DNA of 64,000 nucleotides from an uncultured Hormoscilla sp. (GTDB taxonomy: Bacteria > Cyanobacteriota > Cyanobacteriia > Cyanobacteriales > Desertifilaceae): assembly GCA_963921275.4 (NCBI GenBank), contig OZ001293.3:2368001-2432000 (forward strand). Reading direction: 5' to 3'. The position numbers were made by a program, and so were the translations under genes. The notes below the pieces were generated by a model. The model saw nothing but the letters and a program-made list of their open reading frames with translations. It was not told where the DNA came from and did no database searches. Below are positions 55,836-64,000 of the stretch, piece after piece. Position 1 is the stretch's first letter, and each line of letters starts with the position of its first letter.

Positions 55836-56948
55836 TTAAAGAGCTCGATAAAATTCTTCGGCGATCGCCGCAATATGGGCTGCGCGATCGAGACGATTGA
55901 CAATGCGTCGGGCATTGTAAAAATCTCGGCGGGAACCCCAGATATATCGACCCAACCTGTGATTGGTAAAGGTTCCATCCCGCATCCCGATTACCAGGAT
56001 CTTGGCGGCGATCTCTGGTTCGGCTGCTTTTTCTGGAAAATTCACCAGATCGATTCCCAGGCGACGAGACCAATCTGTATAATTTCGCCGTCCCGTGATT
56101 TGCACAAAGCCTCGTCCCTTATAGCGAGGTCCATCTCCCGACCGATTATTGCCCAAGTCCGATCGCCATTCATAGGCCCAACCGCTAGCTAATTCTTCCA
56201 TCCACTGTCCTAGACGAGATTCATGTTCCGCTGTTGCCAAAATGTAGGCGATTTGCCCCAGATCGATCACGCCATTGATATCGCAGGACCGCAGGATTAA
56301 AGGAATCGACTCCCAAGCATAGGGATGCAGTTCCCGGTAGGGAATCGAAGCGATAATCCTGTCCAAATTCAGAGAACTGATCAGGTTATTATAGGGCAGA
56401 TACACTTCTATAGGTTCGTTCCATAATAATGACCAGGTTTCCTGACCCACAATGCCATCGGCCACTAGACCCCGACTATTCTGGAAATTCTTCACCGCAT
56501 TCAGGGTATTGGGTCCAAACAACCCATCCGATAGTTCAGACGGTCCCATAAACCCCTCTTTTTTCAGTAGGTCCTGAAGGGTTCTGACTTCCGGAAGCAA
56601 CTGAGGATAATCAATGCCATCCCGGATCCGGAGTACAGCATGTCTTCTCAGCTTCCCCGAGGTTGCCTCTTTGGCCTTGAACAAGGCGTCCCAAATGTAG
56701 CTCCAGACTACCCCATCCGCAATTAAGCTGCGACTTTCCTGGAAACGTTTCACCGCTGCCTCGGTTTTTGGTCCAAATCGGCCCTCACCGGTCTCGTTTC
56801 TCCCTATCCACCGGTCAAACACGGTCGCCTTGTCCTTCAGAAATCCCAGTTCGATCAGTAATTTTTGCAGCAGCTTGACTGACTCTCTTAACTCAGGGTA
56901 GTCTATGCCATCTCCCCGACGCAGGACTGGATATTCGTTGGTTAACAT
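55836..56948 (-). CDS. Peptidoglycan-binding domains plus GH19/lysozyme-like hydrolase
   Basis: Two FGP.T..AVK.FQ...L.ADG.V domains; ATAEHES, GDGPRYKGRGFVQITGRRNY and ARRIVN motifs. Confidence 0.85.
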   Translation of the reverse strand: MLTNEYPVLRRGDGIDYPELRESVKLLQKLLIELGFLKDKATVFDRWIGRNETGEGRFGPKTEAAVKRFQESRSLIADGVVWSYIWDALFKAKEATSGKLRRHAVLRIRDGIDYPQLLPEVRTLQDLLKKEGFMGPSELSDGLFGPNTLNAVKNFQNSRGLVADGIVGQETWSLLWNEPIEVYLPYNNLISSLNLDRIIASIPYRELHPYAWESIPLILRSCDINGVIDLGQIAYILATAEHESRLGQWMEELASGWAYEWRSDLGNNRSGDGPRYKGRGFVQITGRRNYTDWSRRLGIDLVNFPEKAAEPEIAAKILVIGMRDGTFTNHRLGRYIWGSRRDFYNARRIVNRLDRAAHIAAIAEEFYRAL

Positions 56949-57322
56949 TGATGTCGTGCTCCCTTTAGTTTCCTTCCATCCAATTTATCACAACCGTAGG
57001 GCGGGCGGATCGCCTGCCCGGGAAGGCGATTTTTCCCCCGTGCAATCACACGATCCATCGCTAAGAAGCCAGATTAACTCACACTATGGGCTGGTGTAAG
57101 ATAGAATAGGGGCAGCAGCAATAGGCGATCTACCCCACCGCCATCGACATGGGGTTTCTGGAACCCGATATCCCCACCAACGACTATAATTTGCCATCAC
57201 GGAGCTTTACTTTGAAACTATAACAATCACAAATCGCTAAACTGGAAAACTTTCTGGAAAAATTTAAATCCGAGACCTATCCGGATCCCTCTTCTCTTTT
57301 ACACACTCAAATTACGCATCAA

Positions 57323-57832
57323 ATGTTCGCTAAGTTCGTGCAACTTTTTCCTTTGTCACCCCATGCTAAAATATTGGATATCGGATGCGGTCAAGGGGTG
57401 GCTCTGCAATTATTTAAAAGTCAAGGCTTTGACCCGATCGGCATTACCCTCAACAGTCAAGATGTAGCTGTCTGCCAGCAAAGAGGTTATCAAGTCTATG
57501 AAATGGATCAATCTTTCTTAGACTTCGCCGATGCATCCTTTGATTTTGTCTGGTGCCGACATTGTCTCGAACACAGCATCTTTCCCTATTTTACCCTAAG
57601 TGAAATCCACAGGGTTCTCAAACCCCAAGGATATCTTTATATAGAATTACCTGCCCCTGATACCAGTTGTAAGCATCAGGCGAATGGAAATCACTACAGC
57701 GTTTTGGGAAAAAACATGTGGACGGAATTAATTAAGCGATTGGGGTTTGAAGCTTTGCAGGTTTTTGATATCAACTTTCATACGCCTATGGGTCCGGATA
57801 TATATTGGGCGATGATTCAGAAAAAGCTTTAA
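57323..57832 (+). CDS. Class I SAM methyltransferase (N-terminus may be lost to a stop near 57221)
   Basis: ILDIGCGQG, FDFVWCRHCLEH and RVLKPQG motifs. Confidence 0.8.
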   Translation: MFAKFVQLFPLSPHAKILDIGCGQGVALQLFKSQGFDPIGITLNSQDVAVCQQRGYQVYEMDQSFLDFADASFDFVWCRHCLEHSIFPYFTLSEIHRVLKPQGYLYIELPAPDTSCKHQANGNHYSVLGKNMWTELIKRLGFEALQVFDINFHTPMGPDIYWAMIQKKL

Positions 57833-57875
57833 TTTGGAATTGGGGATGGAAAATTGCCCCATTTTCCATTCCCAA

Positions 57876-59446
57876 TTATAGGCTGATTCTTTGAATTCGC
57901 TGATTCCGCATTTCAGGATAGCGATCGACTATATTCTTGTTTAAGTAAATACACTTACCTAGATGCACCCGTTCTGCATGCATGTTACTAAGCAGTAGCT
58001 TTTGAGCGATCGTTTGTTCTATTTCACATCTGTCTGATTCTGAATAATATTCTAGATACAGAATATCGATATTTTCTACTACTGTCATTAGATCTTTGAG
58101 AATTGGGACTTCACAACCGGCAGTGTTGATTTTCAAAATGGAAATGTTCTGCAAATTGAGACGCTGCATTTCTTTGGCAGTCCGTACCAGTTGAATTGAT
58201 TCCCTTATGTGACTTGCTGACTGACTTGCCATCACCGTGGCGAAATTACCCGCTCCTTTGTACAATGTTACTTCATTTTTGTCCCGATCGAACAGGCCAT
58301 AGGGAAAAACCTGGATCCGATCGAAGTCTTTCGTATTCTCTTTCAAGTAGGCAAAGTTCTCTGGTGATGGTTCATAGCAGTAGATTTTGCTCTGGGGATG
58401 GCGTTGCAGAAATATAGGGCCGTAGCACCTATGTTAGCTCCTACATCGATAATAGTTGTTGCCTGGTAATTAGGCAAATGGATGATGGGATAATTTTTGC
58501 CATAAAAAACATTCAAGATCTCATCCCCTCTTGTCCGCGGGTGCAGAAATAATACTTCTCGATCCTGCACCTTGATTCTCATTTTTTCCGCCGAAAATTT
58601 TCCATTCTCTTTCCCCGGCCCTCGATTATATTTATCGATTAAATAAGCGAGATTTGTCTCTTCTATTTGATTCGCTAAAACATGTAATTTCCTTTCCTCT
58701 TCTGGCATCCCTTCACCAGTCTCGGCCCGCACAATTTGTTTGTCGAAGTTGTTTCCTGGATATCTAATGTATTCCACTGTCTCTATGGGAATTTTCTCTA
58801 TCTTAAAGAATCTCCATAAATACTTCTGATAGGCGCAATCTTCACGTCCGACTTGCCTATATACTAAATCCTCCGGATATCCCTCGATGAATTCATGGCA
58901 TTCCCTTCTTATGCATAGGTCGAGTACTATCGTGTTCTCGACCGCCAGTTTCCACTTCTGATTGACTTTATCTTTAATTTTGACTCCTGTCTTGATCCCA
59001 TCAAGTCTGTTTTTCGGTAAGTGAATTGTTCGATCTCCTAGGGCGAAACTTCCGTCGGCATTTGACGAATCAGGGTCATAATTTAAACCCATAAAGCACA
59101 CATAGATATGTTCTGGCAAATAGAGATCGTCGTCATCACAGAAAAATAATATTTCTCCCTGATAATTTTTCACTCCTGTATTTCTGGTCGCTGATAGACC
59201 TCTATTTTGGGAATGATTTATTATCTTAAATGGATATTTTTTCCCGACAAACTGACTCAGATAATATAATGTATTATCTGTCGAACAGTCTTTCACGGCA
59301 ATGATTTCTGATTTGACTTCCTCTGGGCGATCGCAGTTAGCATAAAAAAAATCTATGCTCTCTATTATACTCTGGATCGTCCTGTTGATTACGCCTCTTC
59401 TTTCGCAATTATATGTCAATATTATCACTGAAAATGAACTTACCAT
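57876..59446 (-). pseudogene. GT2 plus FkbM methyltransferase fusion, frameshifted near 58385
   Basis: FSVIILTYN, FCDDDD and IDVGANIGA in one frame; LKINTAGCEVPIL in the next. Confidence 0.78.
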
Positions 59447-59535
59447 TGTTTTTATCTCTTCTGCTTTTTCACTGGGGGGATATTTTATATCAAAGTCGAT
59501 TTTTCCATCCCCCTATTCGATTTTTCGCGCAGCGA

Positions 59536-60744
59536 TCATACTACATCTGCAATTACCTTTAGCAGGCGATCGACCTGTTTTTTCCAGGTCAAGTCTTGCA
59601 TGAATGCTACTGCTGCTTGACCCCGTTTTTTTGCTGCTTCCCGATCATTATACACTTTTTCCAGATTTTCCACCACTTCCTCAACGTCAGACTCTCCCCA
59701 ACCTTCTACTCCCGGGAATATGGCCGTGGGTTGCACTGCATCCTGCTTTCTGAGAGGATAACAATGGTCCTCTGCGATTATGTCTAGATGACCAGTGTTC
59801 CCTGAGATGATTGTCGGTATGCCACAGGCCAGACATTCCATCGCTGCCAGATTTGTTCCTCCTTCACACCTGTTGGTAAATACGGCCACATCTGCTTCCC
59901 GGATAATCTGTCCTACCAGATGATTGGGAAGGGGTCCGATATCTATTACCGCCTCACCGGGAATGCCATTTGCTACTAACCATTCGGTAATTCGCAAGCG
60001 CTTATCCTGGGTTACCTGGGGCAATCCTACCACATTTCCCGTCTGTTCTAGTCCGGCCATAAACTGGGGCCAAAAGTTGTGCCACGCTGTGAGTAGCAAT
60101 GCCTCGGAATGCCTCTGTTGGAAACCCTTGAAGGCCGCGATCTCGATATCCTGACCTTTCCGATATTCTAGCTTGCCTCCTGAGAAGATGACAAATCGAT
60201 CGGCAAATAGGTTTGATTTGGGGGCGGGATGGAATATGGTCGGGTCTATGCCTTGGAAGATCGCTGCTACATGGTTTAGTCCATAGCTTTTCAGGACTTC
60301 CGCGTTCCAGGTCGAACCTCCTACTATCAGATCGTAGCTTTTCGCCTTGGCGATCGCATCTGGAGTCAACCAAGTATTCTCAAAGAAGATCATCGCCACC
60401 GTCGGTTCCCCTGCCACATTTCTCGTTATTTTCGTCCTGAAGTTATTTCCATAGGACCGCAATACTGGGACATTGAAACCAATTCGCTTGCCTGGGTTTT
60501 GGTCGATCAATCTCTGAATCTGCTGCTGCTTGGCCATTAGAGGAAGAAGTAGCATCTGATGCAGGGGATTTACCAAGTCAGACGTTGTTTTTGGGCTACT
60601 TAACAATAGTAGCTCAAATCCCGGCTTTTGTCCCAATTGCAGGGCTAAGTTCAAACCATACACCTGCCAACCGCTTCTATACCCCACAGGCCAGTCAATT
60701 GCTAGTCCTTTGATTTTATCTGTTTCTGACCTTTCCTTGACCAT
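59536..60744 (-). CDS. GT4 glycosyltransferase (former C-terminal domain of a TPR-GT9 fusion)
   Basis: GGKLEYRKGQD and NRCEGGTNLAAMECLACG motifs. Preceded by a 43-bp-period duplication (60713-60797). Confidence 0.82.
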   Translation of the reverse strand: MVKERSETDKIKGLAIDWPVGYRSGWQVYGLNLALQLGQKPGFELLLLSSPKTTSDLVNPLHQMLLLPLMAKQQQIQRLIDQNPGKRIGFNVPVLRSYGNNFRTKITRNVAGEPTVAMIFFENTWLTPDAIAKAKSYDLIVGGSTWNAEVLKSYGLNHVAAIFQGIDPTIFHPAPKSNLFADRFVIFSGGKLEYRKGQDIEIAAFKGFQQRHSEALLLTAWHNFWPQFMAGLEQTGNVVGLPQVTQDKRLRITEWLVANGIPGEAVIDIGPLPNHLVGQIIREADVAVFTNRCEGGTNLAAMECLACGIPTIISGNTGHLDIIAEDHCYPLRKQDAVQPTAIFPGVEGWGESDVEEVVENLEKVYNDREAAKKRGQAAVAFMQDLTWKKQVDRLLKVIADVV

Positions 60745-60971
60745 ACTATCCGTTTATTTTATCTGTTTCTGACCTTTTCTTGACCATACTATCCGTTGTC
60801 TGTGCTTTTGGCAAGCTGCCTAGGGCCGATGCTACCTTAGCAAACACAGATTGCCACTTAACATCTAACTTGTCCTGATGGACAGCACACGAGAGGTTAC
60901 TTCGTTCCCTAACAACATTTCGCGATACCTTTAGGTCCACACTATACCCCGGGAGCTATTTGAGTACTATA

Positions 60972-61983
60972 ACTCAAGTTGCGACCTATAAAAATTGGAT
61001 ACAAAAAGCTATGATAAAGAGAATTATTTTCAACTCTAATCCCTTAGATGTAACAGCATGAATTGACTTGGGAAACAAATTGGTGATTCGACTAAAACAG
61101 GTTTCAACTTGTTTTCTTGTTACTTTTTGTATATATTCAAAACAAGAATATTCTTTTCTTTTTGAGTTCTTTTTTCGCAAAGGTTTTAACATTATACTTG
61201 ACGACTCTTTTAGTAAATCCTCTAATTGATAATCATTATAAGCTTTATCTCCATAAACTATTGAATTTGATGGTAAGTCAAAGCCAAAAGATTGCAAAAC
61301 TTTAACATCATTATAACTACCAGGATCTAGATAAAATTCTATTGGCTTTCCATTTTTGTTTACCAACATATGAACTCTTAATCCATAAAAATAACGTTTT
61401 TTACTGGCAATATACCCTCGATATTCTTCCTTGTTATAAATTTGGCATCTATCAATCCTAATATTATCACATACTGGCACCGGGAAACTATCAAGAATAT
61501 ATTCTTGACCCGGATTGAGCTCTTTAAATGTTTGAGCTATAACTTGGAAGAAAAACATCCAAATTGGTTCCTCAATATTGTGTAATCGACGATTGAACCT
61601 ACTTTTACTTAACAGATTTTTTATATACTTGTGTTCGACCATAAATTGACAAGAGCGATCGTGGTGTCCTCCGAAAAAATATGCAGCAACTAATCCGACT
61701 GTCATCACTTCGGCATTGTTCATTTTTACTTGTGGATCTTCTTTTATATTTAACGCTTTTAGTAGCTCGTCACAAAGAACAAAAATTGTTGTAATCATAT
61801 CTTCCATCATCTACATCCCCCAGCAATTAACTATTATTTTAGTACATTATAACCTATAAACAGCCAACCCGCCGTCTAGCACAAAAAAAATATAATTTTG
61901 TATCAAAAGCTACGAAATATCCCAAATATCTGTAAAGTCTAAGTGGGTAATTCATATTTTTTTTAATAGGTCGCAACTTAGGT
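60972..61983 (-). mobile_element. IS982-family element, copy 2 (1012 bp), 7-bp TSD TACTATA
   Basis: Same TIRs as 17499-18510. TSD at 60965-60971 and 61984-61990. Confidence 0.93.
60986..61810 (-). CDS. IS982-family DDE transposase
   Basis: Near-identical to 17672-18496 with a few amino-acid changes. Confidence 0.92.
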   Translation of the reverse strand: MMEDMITTIFVLCDELLKALNIKEDPQVKMNNAEVMTVGLVAAYFFGGHHDRSCQFMVEHKYIKNLLSKSRFNRRLHNIEEPIWMFFFQVIAQTFKELNPGQEYILDSFPVPVCDNIRIDRCQIYNKEEYRGYIASKKRYFYGLRVHMLVNKNGKPIEFYLDPGSYNDVKVLQSFGFDLPSNSIVYGDKAYNDYQLEDLLKESSSIMLKPLRKKNSKRKEYSCFEYIQKVTRKQVETCFSRITNLFPKSIHAVTSKGLELKIILFIIAFCIQFL

Positions 61984-62326
61984 TACTATATTAGCCAGAG
62001 TCTAAAACTAATACTAGCTACCATTTCCTTTTTAGGCCAGCGCATATAGCCTTATTTCGCTGGTTCCTTATAACGAGGCTTGCACATGTTTGCCTGCTCT
62101 AACCTTGGATATCTTTCCTAGCGGCGTCACCGGCTTAGGCTGCCAGTTATCCTACATTTGAGTCCTCGCTTAGCACCACGATGATGTCGCTTCGTAGCAC
62201 CGAGGACCGGTGTCACCCCCGTACCTGGGGGGAGGGGAATTTAACCCCCATGCGGTCAGAGTTCCCGGCTAATGAAACCGGGCTAGCGTTCCGTGTTTGA
62301 CCACGTTAGGCTAGAACGAATCGCAC

Positions 62327-63273
62327 AAACTCATTAAGGGGGCATAGCACATGATGTTTTTGTTTGCACTATCAATATTATACCACGCGCGAGAATATAT
62401 TTCCTGAAAAATATATAAATTCCTGGAAATCATACTTTAGTTATCAACAGTCAAATGCTGGTAAAGCATCTCCCGTGGTTAGCACTTGTTCTATCCCTGA
62501 TATCGTAGCAAACAAGCGTTTCAACTCTAGAGGACAAGCAACGATCGCCTTCCCCCCCTTTCTTGCACTGCACTCACGTACCGGATAAACTGGATCGAGT
62601 CCCCATATCCTTGTTCCACATGTAGGAATATGGTCCCTCCTGCTAATGAAGATCCATCCCAGAGAGGTCGATCGATGGACAGGGAATTTTTCCGGGCGAA
62701 CTCACTCCATTGCCAGCGCCACTCACATTCCGCAAAGCCATTTTGCAAGTCCCCCGATAGCAATAATGCCATGCCGAGATAATAATGGGCTTCCGCGTAG
62801 TCTGGTTCTAATCGCCTGCCGGTAATGCCCGATCGCCTCTGTAATATTTCTCTGTTCCTGATAGGCACTGCCCAGGTTACAATGATCTACAGCAGAGTCC
62901 GGTTCCAGTTGATGGCCTTCCGGAAATAAGCGATCGCCTCATCTATCTTGCCCTGTTTTTCTAGGACTAGACCTATGTTATTATGTGATTTATAACTATT
63001 TTTGCCTTTTGAGGCTAGGGACTGCTCGTATAATCCGAGCGCCCGATCGTACCGGCCCCGAGCATAGGCGATATCCCCTAGTATGTGAAGCGCATCTGCA
63101 TGGTTAGGTTCCTGCCCGAGTATGTCAAAACATATCTGTTCTGCTTTCCTTACCTTTCCTGTTTGGTAATGGACAACTGCCTCATAAATTAATTGAGAAT
63201 CTCCTAATTTAGAGTTAACTTGCTTTGCTCTCCTGCCCACTTTTTGTTTTTGCCTTTTGCCGCGCTTTGCCAT
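62327..63273 (-). pseudogene. TPR plus GT9-like protein, fragmented and intron-interrupted
   Basis: TPR repeats, GFAECEWRW, EQGYGDSIQFIRY and CYAPLMS up to the intron. The C-terminal WQSVFAKVASAL reappears at ~60820-60856. Confidence 0.8.
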
Positions 63274-63397
63274 TTTGCCTTTCCCGTGCTTCTATGTTCT
63301 TTTATCACTCGGTTCTCATCAGCGTTCGCCTCTCTTCCTACCCCAGACTAAGATTGCTAATTGCTAATTCTTATTATCTAGCCAGCTCTAACATATC

Positions 63398-63799
63398 TTA
63401 CCAGAAACTCTGCATCTCGCCAGTCACTGGTCGCTTATCATCCCGTCCCGATTTTTCCGGCCGTGCCCCCCCCCGGGTTTTCGCCGTCCGGTGGGCACGG
63501 TAGGTGCGCAACGGCCCCGGTATCTGAGTATTTGTGACTATTGATCTTAACTGTCTCATACCACTACCAACTGTAGGATAAGCCAGATTGGTCGCAATTG
63601 TCAAGAGGCGATGTCTATCACTCAATTGAGCGATATGATTGCCTGTTTCGTAAACAGCAGCCATCGGTAAAAGAAATGATGTCTCGTCATTGAGAAGCAT
63701 TTCAAATTTATTCAATACTTCCTCTCTTGAATTATTCATATTGGGAATATTCAGGAACTCACAAAATATAGAGGTGTCAACAATTGCAACGGCTTTCAT
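63398..63799 (-). pseudogene. PIN-like protein, apparently truncated after ~65 aa
   Basis: IVDTSIFCEFL..P and ETGNHIAQ, followed by unrelated sequence. Confidence 0.55.
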
Positions 63800-63814
63800 C
63801 CACTAATCTCCATC

Positions 63815-64000
63815 TCAGCCACGAATACTAGCTAACCATTCCATTGCTTTTCGCTTCTTCTCTTCGCTTCCGGGATGGTATTTGACAAACCTTTCTAGCA
63901 AACCCAGTGTCATCAACTGTCCAACAGTACCTTGAGCAATCAATTCAGGGTAGTCTGGAATATCTCGTAATCGTACAAGTTGACTCGAACCATCATCGGG
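63815..64000 (-). CDS. 3' end of a gene entering from outside the window (possibly an AAA ATPase)
   Basis: Open frame PDDGSSQLVRLRDIPDYPELIAQG...IRG*. Confidence 0.5.
   Translation of the reverse strand, partial: PDDGSSQLVRLRDIPDYPELIAQGTVGQLMTLGLLERFVKYHPGSEEKKRKAMEWLASIRG

Larger units (their letters stand above)
60856..62326 (-). mobile_element. 5' remnant of a group II intron homologous to the inner intron, interrupted by IS982
   Basis: GTGCGATTCGTTCTAG starts at 62326 on the minus strand and is colinear with 38917-~39365. No domain V or VI. The left boundary is approximate. Confidence 0.87.

Noticed and set aside
55605..56210. DGR template/variable repeat pair for the lysozyme-like gene
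   Set aside because: Differences are not confined to adenines (T/C, T/G and C/G changes occur), the copy has an insertion, and no DGR-type RT is adjacent.

Overview
A 64 kb window of a cyanobacterial chromosome, judged from frequent HIP1 GCGATCGC sites, heptamer STRR repeats and cyanobacterial-type pucC, ctp, ispG and groEL2. Housekeeping genes are intact (pyrF, tyrS, PBP1A, lepB, ctp, ispG, groEL). Accessory genes are heavily pseudogenised, which suggests an early genome-erosion stage, possibly host-associated. Main structures: (1) A group II twintron: an ORF-less 834-nt intron (38917-39750) nested in an RT-encoding intron (38679-41916). The outer intron splits an AbrB-family membrane gene after codon 5, and splicing restores the frame. 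A related, differently targeted intron remnant at 60856-62326 is itself hit by an IS982. (2) A transposase-free composite element: two 160-bp MITEs bracket a foreign class A beta-lactamase-like gene lacking the E166 equivalent, with a TAA target duplication. A second foreign cassette (glucosylglycerate-synthase-like gene plus GT4) lies between two inverted MITEs. (3) A tandem pair of hsdS cassettes with four different TRDs and only stubs of hsdR. (4) A dead RqlH/RqlI-like RecQ-PRTase plus DprA module. (5) A decaying TauD / ATP-grasp / citrate-synthase-like / FkbM / MFS small-molecule cluster. All calls come from reading the sequence; no database searches were run.
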